Positions 27,748 through 38,281 of a stretch of DNA of 64,000 nucleotides are shown here, one piece after another. The notes beneath the pieces are model-generated. The model was not told where the DNA came from, ran no database searches, and saw only the letters and a list, made by a program, of their open reading frames with translations. The translations under genes were made by a program, and so were the position numbers. The DNA is from a virus. Location of the stretch: the IMG/VR virus record IMGVR_UViG_3300013131_000021; one strand, 5' to 3'. Within the stretch, counting starts at the first letter, position 1. The number at the start of each line of letters is the position of its first letter.

Positions 27748-30700
27748 ATGGCAGAATTTAAATTAGGTAGAATTAGATTTGTATGGAAAGGTGCATGGGC
27801 TACCGCTACCACCTATTACAAAGACGATGTAATTAGATTTGGTGGCAAGGTTTATCTATGCGCCATAGGTCATACAGCGTCTGCTGATTTTAACACAGAT
27901 CTTGATGTCAGTCCTAGCAAATGGAGTTTAATGAGCGACGGACAAAGATGGAGAGATGAATGGACTACCTCAACTACATATGAAGAAGGGGATCTTGTCA
28001 AGTATGGCGGCACTGTATACATCTGTATCGATGGCCATGTTTCTGCTGCCACAGCTAGCCTAGGACTTGAAAATAATTCTTCAGACTGGAACACGTATGT
28101 TGAAGGATTTGATTGGAAAAATGATTGGTCTATTTCAACTAGATACAAATTCAACGACATAGTTAGATACAGCGGTATCAATTATGTCTGTATAACTGGA
28201 CATACTTCGGCCGGTACTGCTTCGGCAGGATTAGAAGTCGATAGTGCAAGTTGGCAAGTTTTTACTCAAGGTCAAGAATATAAAGGAACTTGGGGTGCGG
28301 CCTTAAGATACAAATTAAATGATATTGTTAAATATGGCGCTGGACTATGGATATGTACTACTCCCCATACATCAGCGGTATTTTCTACAGATATTTCAAA
28401 TTGGACTCAATTTGTTGAAGGATTTGAGTTTGAAAATGATTGGAATTCTGGCACAGTATATCAGCCAGGCGATATCGTCAAATACGGCGGATATCAATAT
28501 GTTGCTAAAACTGTACACAATAACAGTAATCCTATCACAGGCACAGCTAATTGGGATTTATTTTCTCAAGGGCTAAAATATCAATCTGATTGGTCAAACA
28601 CCACATCATATAAAATCGGCGAAGTTGTAAAACTAAACGGATACATTTATCTTGCTACAGTAGACAGTCCAGCATATTCATTGACCGTAACTGCAGTTGA
28701 CGGTATAACCGATAGATTCACTACCAGTGATACCACAGGTCTAGTAGCAGGAATGACAGTAAGATTTATCGGATCGACATTTGGCGGAGTGTTTACTGGC
28801 GGAAGATATTATATTAGACAGGTAGTAAACGGAACCCAATTTACTATTTCAACCACATCTGGCGGATCACTGTTTAATGCATCGGCAGGTGCAGGATCAA
28901 TGACTGCTAATATCTCGGCAGAACCTCCAAACTCTAGCTATTGGAATACTTTGTCCACAGGAATATATTGGAGAGGAGAGTGGACCGATGATACAGAATA
29001 CAATGTAGGCGATGCTGTTAGATATAATGCCAGTTCTTATATTTGTACATTATCCCATAGGTCCGAAGGCGATGATGGATCTACATTAGGCACAGCAGGA
29101 GGCGGCCAAGCCAATAGCAGACCTGACTTAGATACTGCAGGTACATATTGGAGTTTATTATCTAGCGGTAGTGAAACTGAAATATTAACCACAGTAGGCG
29201 ATCTAGTTTATTACGGCGGAGCAGGACCTACCAGATTACCAGTAGGTACAGAAGGCCAGATTTTAAGAGTAGGCTCAGCCGGTGTTCCTGAATGGGTAAC
29301 ATGGGGTAAGACTGATAATGTTTACTACGTGTCTACGATTGGAGAAGATAGACCCTTCCCAGCCTGCGGTGCAACGTTGGACAAACCATGGGCATCGATA
29401 CGCTATGCCTGCGAGCAAGTAGAAAAAGGACCAAGAAATCCTAATTCACAACACTTATTAGAACTTAATAGAGCTTTTTTACAAAAAGAAATTACTGCTT
29501 GGATCAGGTATCAAATTACCAATAGTATCGCTCCTTTCACTCCCGCTTTTGATTACGACGAATACAAATGCGAGCGAGATGTAGGATTCATAATCGATAG
29601 ATTGATCTGGGATATAGGGCATGGCGGCAATTTGAAAATACGATCTGCAGCACTAAGTTTCGTAGGAGCATTCGGTGAAGACGGCGAATTCAGTAGCCCT
29701 GTGGAAAATGCAACTTATGTCACATTAGCAGCGGAAGCAGATGAAGGCATAGCAGCCTACGAATATCTAAAAACCATAGTAGCAGACGTATTAGCTAACG
29801 AAGAACCATCTATAGTTTATCAAACTTTGGCCTTAGATTCCTCTGCTGTGGTTAGTCAATATATTAATACAGACTATGTAGCCGAATCTGGAATTACTGA
29901 TACCACGGATGCACTTATAGACATAGTTATTACAGCATTAACAGATCAAGATTCAAGCAATGTTCCTGCTAGGGTGGTTCCAAATAACTCTATTCTAGTA
30001 AGAACAGGTGTATATAGAGAAGTTTTACCTATAATTGTGCCGGCCGAAACCGCAGTAGTCGGCGACGAAGTCCGTTCAGTGAATGCTGGACCTGCCGGAA
30101 GTCTTATCAGCAAAGATGACGCAAAATACAGCATCGGCGTTTTAAGTAGATTAGAAACAGTAGTTGGACAGATAGTTTTAGGATCTAATGTAACTGAAAG
30201 TACAGGCAATACAGAAATACAAGACATTCAATTCCCATATGCCAGCACTGTAGAGGAAACAGATGTTAAGAAACTAGTAAGATCTATGCAGCATCAAATA
30301 GATTTCAAAGTCGGAACTACTTATATGGAAAGTTCTGCTGATCCTACTGGTTATAATACCGCCTTTTTAGTAGGCTATGGAGATGCTAGAAAATTAATTA
30401 GAGAAAATAAAGAGTTTGTCAAAGACGAAATCACAGCTTGGATAGCAGTAAATTATCCTACTGTAAAATACAGTAAGACTAAATGCCGCAGAGATATAGG
30501 TTATATTATAGATGCATTGTGCTATGACTTGACTTATACAGGAAAATGGGCTACATTAATATCTGGATTATCGTATTTTGATGGCAATGGCAGCACTAGT
30601 TTGATGATAGATGAATCCGAAGTACCTGCTACTGCTGGAGCTTACAGCAGATTAAAATCTATTTTACAAGATATCGTACAAAACATAACAGTTACAAAAT

Positions 30701-33700
30701 CTACAGGAAATACTGCTACACAATGGACAGATTCTGTGAATCTAGGCGGCGGTGCAATAACGACCACAGACATCGGCTCTGCGATCGATCAAATAATTAA
30801 CATAGTTCAAGGCGATTCTACTGCTGGAAATACACCGCAGATAAATGTTACTATCATCGCTACGCTTAACACTTTTACTTCCGGTAGTCATGGAATGGCA
30901 GTAGGAGATGCAGTTATTCCTCGAATTACTGCCAACGGTCTGACAGCCGGTATTAAGTATTGGGTAGCAGCTACCACTCTTAATACATTCCAACTGGCAG
31001 CTACATACGGCGGAGCAGTACTGTCAACATTTACTAATGGTACTTCTTTAGATATCGATTTGGAGGTGATAGATTATCCTACTGCTCAAAATGGTAATAC
31101 TTCCACCACAGCATTGATTTCAGCAGCACAGACGCTAGATGCCGCACAGGAAACAATCGTAACAAATACGACCGCTTACATAACAGCCAACTATCCAACA
31201 TTGACATATAACACTACAAAGTGTGAAAGAGATGTTAGATTGATTCTTGAAGCTGTGATGTATGATTTTATGTTTAATAGCAATTTCCAAACAAGGTTAA
31301 GTGCTTATTCTTATCTAAGAGCAAGTGCTGTTGATGTATTTGATTTGGGACAAAAAGATGCTACAAGAGCAGCTTTCCAATATGTCAAGACACAGGCCCA
31401 AGCCAATGTCGGCGGAGATGCTACCGCTCAGACTAGGATCGGTACATTGATGGATATGTTAGATGATATTTTCTATGCTGCTACAAACGAAGGATCTATA
31501 TGCCAAACTGAAATTAGATCAGCAGACTGGGCTAGATTACAATTAGAAAGAAACAGAGATTATATTGTCAATGAAATGACTGCATACGGGGAAGCAACTT
31601 ACACAACCAGTGTTTCTACAGCCACAGCTGCCACAGATCTGTTTACCTGTGCAGACACCAGTTGGATGATTAGAAATGCCCCTGTAAGATTCAGCGGTAC
31701 AGTGTTTGGTGGCATTTCGGCAAGCACAACATATTATGTTCAAAATGTTGTTAGCTCTACAACATTCAAAGTATCTACCACTAGAGATTCTAATACAGCA
31801 TTTAATATTGCATCAAACTCTTCAGGCACCATGATTGTGTCGCTGTATTACAGTGTGCTAGAATGCGAACGAGATATAAATCGTTATCTAGATGCATTGA
31901 AATATGATTTACAATATCCGGGCAATTACAAATCTAGATTAGCCGCTAGAATTTATTCTAATGCAGTAACAGGCAGTTTAGAAGAAGACATGTACTATGT
32001 AAGAAACGGTACTGGTATTCGTAATCAGACCCTAGACGGATTAACTGGAGACTTGTTAGCACCTAATGAATATGGTACTTCTAGAGTATCTGCCGGCGCA
32101 TATGTTTCTCTAGATCCAGGATGGGGACCTGATGATTTCCGCACATGGATTGTAGCTAGATCACCATATGTACAAAACGTTACTACTTTCGGATATGCAG
32201 CTATCGGTCAAAAAATTGACGGTGCATTACACAATGGAGGCAATGATTCAATAGTTTCCAATGATTTTACACAGGTAATATCCGATGGTATTGGTGCATG
32301 GATAACCAATAATGGTAGAGCAGAACTAGTTTCTGTGTTTACTTACTATTCACACATTGGCTACTTAGCGGAAAATGGCGGAAGGATCAGAGGAACAAAC
32401 GGAAATAACTCTTACGGAGATTACGGTTCCGTGGCAGAAGGATTTGACTCAACAGAAACTCCTATCGTATGTTCCGTAGATAACGAAGCATTTGATGCCA
32501 GTGTAGGAGTTCTAACCACAGATGGTATTGATGCAATCTGGCAATTTGAATACGATAATACAGGTTCAGACTACACAGAAGTACTGTGGACTGTTTCGGG
32601 TGGCGGAAGCGGGGCATCTGTCGAACAAGATGATTTTAGAGATGGAGCAGTATATCAAGTTCGCTTATTAGATAATGTAGATGACAGTGCAGCAGCTCCT
32701 GAAGTAGATGGAAACTTTGGCGGATCTGGTTATATTTCAAATGCCAATACTGCCCAAAGTGGTACTACAACGCAGATCACCTTAGCAGCAGTTGATGATG
32801 AGATCACCGGTGCCTATGTAGGCATGAAAGTTATAATTACTGCAGGTCAAGGTGCAGGACAGGTTGGTATTATCAGTGCATATACAGCTGGAACTAAAAT
32901 AGCTACTGTGACAAAAGAAAGCACAGGAGGCGCAGGATGGGATCATCTTGTTCCAGGAACAGCTATCGTAGCTCCGGATGCTTCTTCAACATATGTAGTT
33001 GAACCAAGGATAGCATTTACTAGCCCAACATACAGCTCAACTGGTAGAACGTTGGCCACAGCTTTAACTTATAGCGATGCTGCATATGCTAAAGTATTTG
33101 CTGTTTACACACCAATTTCAGGAACAACATCGGGCGGTGGTTCAGGAGCTACGTTTACCATTGCAAGAAAAGGTACCAAGTATACAGCTGTAAGAATAGT
33201 TGCCACAGGTATCAATTATGATAGGCTAGATACGATAACATTAGCAGGAACTAGCCTAGGAGGTACAAGCACAACCAATGATATCACCATAACAATAACC
33301 TCGGTTAATTCTACAACAGGCGCTATTCTAGCATTTGAATTTGACGGTACTGCACAAGGTGGAAAATTCGTAGCAGTATCCAGTGGATCAAGAACTACCA
33401 ACACTTCCACTGACGGAACTTCGTGGAGCCAGAATTTATTATCGTTACCTAGCACTTCAAATTGGGTGGCGTTAGCTTCCGGCAAACTCACAGTTATAGA
33501 ATCTGCAGGTGCATTTGTGTCAGGTAGAGGTTATATCATTACTTCTTTGGGCAACACAGTGTTTACCAGCATCGGAGCAGCAGCTAATTTAGTGGGACTG
33601 TACTTTGTAGCAAGTGGTGTTGGAAGCGGATCAGGAACCGCAACACCAGTGGCCAGTCATGTAGTTGCTGTATCTAGCAGCACCACAGTCAATGCTTATT

Positions 33701-35415
33701 CTACCGACGGCGGTGTAAATTGGACTGCAGGAGGTGCATTGCCTGGTGGTATTTCTGGTACTACAGTCGATGTGGCCTACGGAACCTATAGCAGCAACGG
33801 TCGTTGGGTTGCTATAGGCTCGGGTGGAGCCACAGCAATTTCTACCAACGGCGGAGTTACATGGATCGCTGGCGGCAATCTGCCAGCTGGCACCTGGGCA
33901 GCGGTAGCCTATGGTCAGGGAAGATGGGTGGCTATAACCACAGGCGGCACAGCAACAGCATACAGTAATAATGGTGGTACATCATGGACTGCGGGGGGTT
34001 CTTTACCTGCATCATCAACATGGACCAGTATAGCTTACGGTCGTAATAAATTTGTAGCAGTCAGTTCCGACGGTACGGTCAGTCCAGCTTATTCTGTAGA
34101 TAGAGGCACTACATGGAGTAATACCGGAATAACTGGATGGCTAAATCAAACCGTAGAAAATATAAGATACGGTCAGGGTGTGTTCGTAGCTGCCAATTCT
34201 ACCAGCAACGATATGGCTAGCTCAGAAGACGGTATAGTATGGACTACTAGGGCCATTACAAGAGCGTCAGGCACAGGTGCTTTAGTAGCAGTTAATGGCA
34301 ATCCTAATCAAGGATCGATCTGGGCCATTATACCAAGTGCCTCTACAACAGCAGCATCTAGCGCATTGTTAGGAGCCACCGCTCAAGCTAGAGCTTACGT
34401 AGCAGATAATAAGATATTCGCTGTAAGGATCACGGATCCTGGTTCGGGATATAGCTCTGCGCCTACGATGACTATCACAGATCCAAACAACTTATACGAA
34501 GCCCCATTTACAGTTAGAACTGGCAACGGAGCTTGTGCTAATGCCAGCTTTATCAATAGAGGCACGGGATTTGATTCTGGCATAGCTGAGCTAGATACAG
34601 GAGATGGATACGCTGACAACTTCCAAAGTGGTCAGTTTGTGGCTGTAAGACGCTTGACGGGTGTACCTTCCCCAGGAGCCAACGTGGTCTTTGCCTCACA
34701 ACCGGATACTGTATATAAACTTGTACAAGTATTGTCTCAGTCCGGTGAATACGATGGAGCTAGAGGAGCATTTTTCCAAATATCTCCTGACATGAGTATA
34801 TTCAATGCTCCTGCAAATGCCACAGCCGTAACAACTAGGATTAGATACAGCCAGGTACGTTTAACAGGACACGATTTCTTAGATATTGGCACAGGCAATT
34901 TTGCCGAAACTAATTATCCCGGAACCCCAACGCAGCCTGCTATACAGGCCAATGAGACTGTTGACAACAACGGTGGAAGAGTATTCTATACTTCCACTGA
35001 CCAAGATGGTAATTTCCGAGTTGGAGAATTGTTCACTATCGAACAAAGCACTGGTATCGCTACATTGAATGCAGATGCATTTAACATCGCAGGATTATCA
35101 GAACTGACACTAGGTAATATTACCCTAGGAGGAAATTCTGCAACAGTTACTGAATTCTCCACAGATCCATTCTTGACAGCTAATTCAGATAATGTAGTTC
35201 CGACACAAAGAGCTATTAGATCTTATATTGCTGCACAGATTGGTGGAGGCGGTGCTAGTTTGAACGTAAATAGTATTGTTGCAGGATTCATTGAAATAGC
35301 AGGAACACAAATTACCACAACTACAGGTGGTACGATCCAAATGAAGGCTAACTTTAACTTCCAGGCCGGAGTAAGAGGTTATCCTGTAGCTTGGAATTAC
35401 TTCTTAAATAATTAA
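27748..35415 (+). CDS. Giant virion adhesin/fibre protein 2 (2555 aa)
   Basis: Same architecture as 22185, with more Trp/Tyr repeats, four KC(E/R)RD(V/I)-type helical repeats and propeller repeats (YSTDGGVNW, YSNNGGTSW). TAAATA at 27723. Confidence 0.85.
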   Translation: MAEFKLGRIRFVWKGAWATATTYYKDDVIRFGGKVYLCAIGHTASADFNTDLDVSPSKWSLMSDGQRWRDEWTTSTTYEEGDLVKYGGTVYICIDGHVSAATASLGLENNSSDWNTYVEGFDWKNDWSISTRYKFNDIVRYSGINYVCITGHTSAGTASAGLEVDSASWQVFTQGQEYKGTWGAALRYKLNDIVKYGAGLWICTTPHTSAVFSTDISNWTQFVEGFEFENDWNSGTVYQPGDIVKYGGYQYVAKTVHNNSNPITGTANWDLFSQGLKYQSDWSNTTSYKIGEVVKLNGYIYLATVDSPAYSLTVTAVDGITDRFTTSDTTGLVAGMTVRFIGSTFGGVFTGGRYYIRQVVNGTQFTISTTSGGSLFNASAGAGSMTANISAEPPNSSYWNTLSTGIYWRGEWTDDTEYNVGDAVRYNASSYICTLSHRSEGDDGSTLGTAGGGQANSRPDLDTAGTYWSLLSSGSETEILTTVGDLVYYGGAGPTRLPVGTEGQILRVGSAGVPEWVTWGKTDNVYYVSTIGEDRPFPACGATLDKPWASIRYACEQVEKGPRNPNSQHLLELNRAFLQKEITAWIRYQITNSIAPFTPAFDYDEYKCERDVGFIIDRLIWDIGHGGNLKIRSAALSFVGAFGEDGEFSSPVENATYVTLAAEADEGIAAYEYLKTIVADVLANEEPSIVYQTLALDSSAVVSQYINTDYVAESGITDTTDALIDIVITALTDQDSSNVPARVVPNNSILVRTGVYREVLPIIVPAETAVVGDEVRSVNAGPAGSLISKDDAKYSIGVLSRLETVVGQIVLGSNVTESTGNTEIQDIQFPYASTVEETDVKKLVRSMQHQIDFKVGTTYMESSADPTGYNTAFLVGYGDARKLIRENKEFVKDEITAWIAVNYPTVKYSKTKCRRDIGYIIDALCYDLTYTGKWATLISGLSYFDGNGSTSLMIDESEVPATAGAYSRLKSILQDIVQNITVTKSTGNTATQWTDSVNLGGGAITTTDIGSAIDQIINIVQGDSTAGNTPQINVTIIATLNTFTSGSHGMAVGDAVIPRITANGLTAGIKYWVAATTLNTFQLAATYGGAVLSTFTNGTSLDIDLEVIDYPTAQNGNTSTTALISAAQTLDAAQETIVTNTTAYITANYPTLTYNTTKCERDVRLILEAVMYDFMFNSNFQTRLSAYSYLRASAVDVFDLGQKDATRAAFQYVKTQAQANVGGDATAQTRIGTLMDMLDDIFYAATNEGSICQTEIRSADWARLQLERNRDYIVNEMTAYGEATYTTSVSTATAATDLFTCADTSWMIRNAPVRFSGTVFGGISASTTYYVQNVVSSTTFKVSTTRDSNTAFNIASNSSGTMIVSLYYSVLECERDINRYLDALKYDLQYPGNYKSRLAARIYSNAVTGSLEEDMYYVRNGTGIRNQTLDGLTGDLLAPNEYGTSRVSAGAYVSLDPGWGPDDFRTWIVARSPYVQNVTTFGYAAIGQKIDGALHNGGNDSIVSNDFTQVISDGIGAWITNNGRAELVSVFTYYSHIGYLAENGGRIRGTNGNNSYGDYGSVAEGFDSTETPIVCSVDNEAFDASVGVLTTDGIDAIWQFEYDNTGSDYTEVLWTVSGGGSGASVEQDDFRDGAVYQVRLLDNVDDSAAAPEVDGNFGGSGYISNANTAQSGTTTQITLAAVDDEITGAYVGMKVIITAGQGAGQVGIISAYTAGTKIATVTKESTGGAGWDHLVPGTAIVAPDASSTYVVEPRIAFTSPTYSSTGRTLATALTYSDAAYAKVFAVYTPISGTTSGGGSGATFTIARKGTKYTAVRIVATGINYDRLDTITLAGTSLGGTSTTNDITITITSVNSTTGAILAFEFDGTAQGGKFVAVSSGSRTTNTSTDGTSWSQNLLSLPSTSNWVALASGKLTVIESAGAFVSGRGYIITSLGNTVFTSIGAAANLVGLYFVASGVGSGSGTATPVASHVVAVSSSTTVNAYSTDGGVNWTAGGALPGGISGTTVDVAYGTYSSNGRWVAIGSGGATAISTNGGVTWIAGGNLPAGTWAAVAYGQGRWVAITTGGTATAYSNNGGTSWTAGGSLPASSTWTSIAYGRNKFVAVSSDGTVSPAYSVDRGTTWSNTGITGWLNQTVENIRYGQGVFVAANSTSNDMASSEDGIVWTTRAITRASGTGALVAVNGNPNQGSIWAIIPSASTTAASSALLGATAQARAYVADNKIFAVRITDPGSGYSSAPTMTITDPNNLYEAPFTVRTGNGACANASFINRGTGFDSGIAELDTGDGYADNFQSGQFVAVRRLTGVPSPGANVVFASQPDTVYKLVQVLSQSGEYDGARGAFFQISPDMSIFNAPANATAVTTRIRYSQVRLTGHDFLDIGTGNFAETNYPGTPTQPAIQANETVDNNGGRVFYTSTDQDGNFRVGELFTIEQSTGIATLNADAFNIAGLSELTLGNITLGGNSATVTEFSTDPFLTANSDNVVPTQRAIRSYIAAQIGGGGASLNVNSIVAGFIEIAGTQITTTTGGTIQMKANFNFQAGVRGYPVAWNYFLNN

Positions 35416-35428
35416 ACGGAGAACTTAA

Positions 35429-35758
35429 ATGGCAACAGGAAGATTAGGAACAGCCAATATCACTACTACAGCAAATACCACGATTTATCAAGTACCAATC
35501 AGCACATTTGCTGTGGTAAGTGTAAATATCGTAAATAGATCTAGTGCTTCATCATGTTCAATCAGAATAGCTATATCAACCACAGCCTCCCCGGGCGTAG
35601 ATGAATATATCGAATACGATTCATCATTAGTAGCAAATGGCACATTAGAGAGAACTGGATTAGTGATGGATGCCAGTAAATATTTGGTAGTGCAGACACC
35701 AACAGCCACACCTACATTGAGTGTAGTGGCCTATGGTATTGAAACATCAACAGCTTGA
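35429..35758 (+). CDS. Small virion adaptor-like protein
   Basis: VSVNIVNR...EYIEYDSSL..NGTLERTGLVM...SVVAYGIE; same family as 18169 and 21463. Confidence 0.7.
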   Translation: MATGRLGTANITTTANTTIYQVPISTFAVVSVNIVNRSSASSCSIRIAISTTASPGVDEYIEYDSSLVANGTLERTGLVMDASKYLVVQTPTATPTLSVVAYGIETSTA

Positions 35759-35770
35759 GGTAAATAGAGT

Positions 35771-36847
35771 ATGGGCAGAAGAACGAGCGGTGGCGAGATT
35801 GGTCTGGAAAAAATCGGTAATGTATCGGCTAATCAAGCCACATTAACCACCACCCAAGCAAACTCAGACCTTATTTTAGATCCCAATGGCACTGGGAATG
35901 TGCAGATCAACGGCAGCTTAACACTAAACACAGGCGATCTAACCATAGTCAATCAGGGAGATCTGCGGCTAAGAGAAACCACAGCCAATGGCAGCAATTA
36001 TATCGCTATGCAAGCAGCAGCGGCAATGGCAGCTAATTACACCATTACATGGCCAGGCGCAGTGGCAGGAACAAATGGATTTGTTTTATCCTCAGACACC
36101 AGCGGCAACCTAAGCTGGTCAGCAGCAGGCGGAACTATTCCAGTTACTGATCCGGGTGCTGTGGCAACTGTGCATTATCCGTTATTTGCTACCAATGCCG
36201 GTGTTATTCCAACAACATTAACTCCTAATGCTAGATCAAATTTATCTTTTGTTCCTAGCACTGGAGATTTAGTTGTTACACTAATTACAGCAGCGACCAG
36301 TAGAGGTAGTAATGCGAGCGGAGGTACTTTAACATTGAGAGGTACCGGCAATGCTACCAAGGCCACAGCCAGCATATTAATGGATGAAAACGTTGCATCC
36401 ACAACCGCTGCCACCGGAACATTAGTAGTCACGGGCGGCGTAGGTATTAGCGGTGATCTTAACGTAGGCGGTACAGGATCATTTACCGGTACAGTTTCAG
36501 TGGCAACCCCATCAGCCAACGGACATGCAACAACTAAACAATATGTGGATTCACAAGTTGGCGGTACTTGGACTACAATATCAAGTTCAACAACTGCTAC
36601 TAATCTTACAAATTATTTTGTAAACACGGCAGCAGGTGCTATAACTCTAACATTACCTGCTTCCCCAAGTGCTAACAATAAAGTAGCTGTGGCAGATCTA
36701 GCAGGAACATTTGATGTTAATAATTTAACTTTAGGTAGAAATTCGGTATTAATCATGGGACGTGCAGAAGATCTGATCATTAACACAAGAAATGCCAGCT
36801 TGACACTGGTGTATTCGGGCGCTACCTACGGATGGAAACTAGTATAA
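35771..36847 (+). CDS. Tail fibre protein
   Basis: DLILDPNGTGNVQING, TTGTLVVTGGVGISGDLNVGG fibre repeats; C-terminal NYFVNTAAGAITLTLPASP...YGWKLV domain. Confidence 0.75.
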   Translation: MGRRTSGGEIGLEKIGNVSANQATLTTTQANSDLILDPNGTGNVQINGSLTLNTGDLTIVNQGDLRLRETTANGSNYIAMQAAAAMAANYTITWPGAVAGTNGFVLSSDTSGNLSWSAAGGTIPVTDPGAVATVHYPLFATNAGVIPTTLTPNARSNLSFVPSTGDLVVTLITAATSRGSNASGGTLTLRGTGNATKATASILMDENVASTTAATGTLVVTGGVGISGDLNVGGTGSFTGTVSVATPSANGHATTKQYVDSQVGGTWTTISSSTTATNLTNYFVNTAAGAITLTLPASPSANNKVAVADLAGTFDVNNLTLGRNSVLIMGRAEDLIINTRNASLTLVYSGATYGWKLV

Positions 36848-36862
36848 TAGGATAAAAATAAA

Positions 36863-38269
36863 ATGGCATTAAGTTCAGAATTTGTATCGTCAGGAGTTCC
36901 CGGAAATCCGTGGAAGCAACCTTGTTTTGCCATATGGTCTAACAACGGAAGTTATGGCGGAGTAAACTTCGTCGACCATAATATGCAGACATTGTCAAGA
37001 GAACAATATGACAATGGATCTTACGGTGCCCAGGCCATGCGCAGCAACGGAGCTCCTGAGATGTTTGACAACTGGGCCGGCTCAAGCTATACACTTAGCC
37101 AAGCTCCGGCTCAATCTAACAGCGAGTACACCTGTTCACAATACCAGGGATATCTAGGACATATTGTATTCGCAGCTAATCACTATGACAAAGGCAATTG
37201 CGGAATTGAAATGATGGGCAGTACTGGATATAACAGTTATAGATCGATCGCTCTGCGCAATAACTGTGTCATAGTCAATGACATAGATCAAGATTATGCT
37301 ATATGGGTCAGCGATACACAACTTAAGACAGGCCCGCGTAGCCTGGATTGGTATGCATATCATTGGCATAGCAACTCAGGTCAATACATCACCGTATCAA
37401 CTAAAAACGCAGGATATGCTAACACCAGATACGGTACAGGCAGCTACAATGCTAAAACCAATAAATTATGCATCATGGAATCCAACGGCAGTTATGCTAT
37501 GAAACCTGTGATATATTCTAATGTGCCTAGCCTACGCTGGTATTCAAAGAACATGTACAGGGGGGATGCAGAATCTTTTTCAGCTCAAACAGCCGGCCAA
37601 AACGGAGCATTGTATACACATTTCAACACAGCAGCAAACTATACTACCAGTTATGGATTCGCCACAGGAAAACCTCGTAATGCAAATATCGAAGATAACT
37701 ATAGATGCGTCACAGTGATGTGCGACAATGACAGAGTAGTTATGATGCAGATGATACCCAACGGCAATCCAGGAGCTTGGATTACCAGATGGTCAGCTGC
37801 GGGCACTTCAGAAGGAAGTCTGAGAAATTGGAGCGGAACCACCAGCTACGGTCTTGATCAAGGTTCTAGATATGGCATTAGATATTGCGTGTCGTCCGAC
37901 GGACAATTTGTTCTAGCATGGTGCCCGTATTATTATTACGGCAGCGGACCTCATACAGCATTGATCAGGGTATCTGATGGAAAAATCGTCTGGGATCAAA
38001 CCAACGATACAACTTATTCATACTGGTTTTTTCCTCGAGGAAAAAGCGATTTTGTCTGCACATCAAATGTCAATGCAGACGGTGGATCGGGAATGTATTA
38101 TCAAATCATAAATACCCATCAACTCATGGACGGAACCGCTGATGCACAGCAGGTTAATATGACTAGAAGTTTTATCACACAGTTGCTGTCGTCGAACTAC
38201 AACTCTACCGATTATCCTTACTGTATCCCGCTGCAATATGATACTAGAGCTTTCAATACCGATTATTAA
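36863..38269 (+). CDS. Putative receptor-binding protein A (paralogue of 38282)
   Basis: Tyr/Trp/Asn/Gly-rich, follows the fibre gene; QPCFAIWSN and SYG.DQG.R.G.R.CVSSDG shared with the next gene. Confidence 0.65.
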   Translation: MALSSEFVSSGVPGNPWKQPCFAIWSNNGSYGGVNFVDHNMQTLSREQYDNGSYGAQAMRSNGAPEMFDNWAGSSYTLSQAPAQSNSEYTCSQYQGYLGHIVFAANHYDKGNCGIEMMGSTGYNSYRSIALRNNCVIVNDIDQDYAIWVSDTQLKTGPRSLDWYAYHWHSNSGQYITVSTKNAGYANTRYGTGSYNAKTNKLCIMESNGSYAMKPVIYSNVPSLRWYSKNMYRGDAESFSAQTAGQNGALYTHFNTAANYTTSYGFATGKPRNANIEDNYRCVTVMCDNDRVVMMQMIPNGNPGAWITRWSAAGTSEGSLRNWSGTTSYGLDQGSRYGIRYCVSSDGQFVLAWCPYYYYGSGPHTALIRVSDGKIVWDQTNDTTYSYWFFPRGKSDFVCTSNVNADGGSGMYYQIINTHQLMDGTADAQQVNMTRSFITQLLSSNYNSTDYPYCIPLQYDTRAFNTDY

Positions 38270-38281
38270 TTAGGAAAAAAC

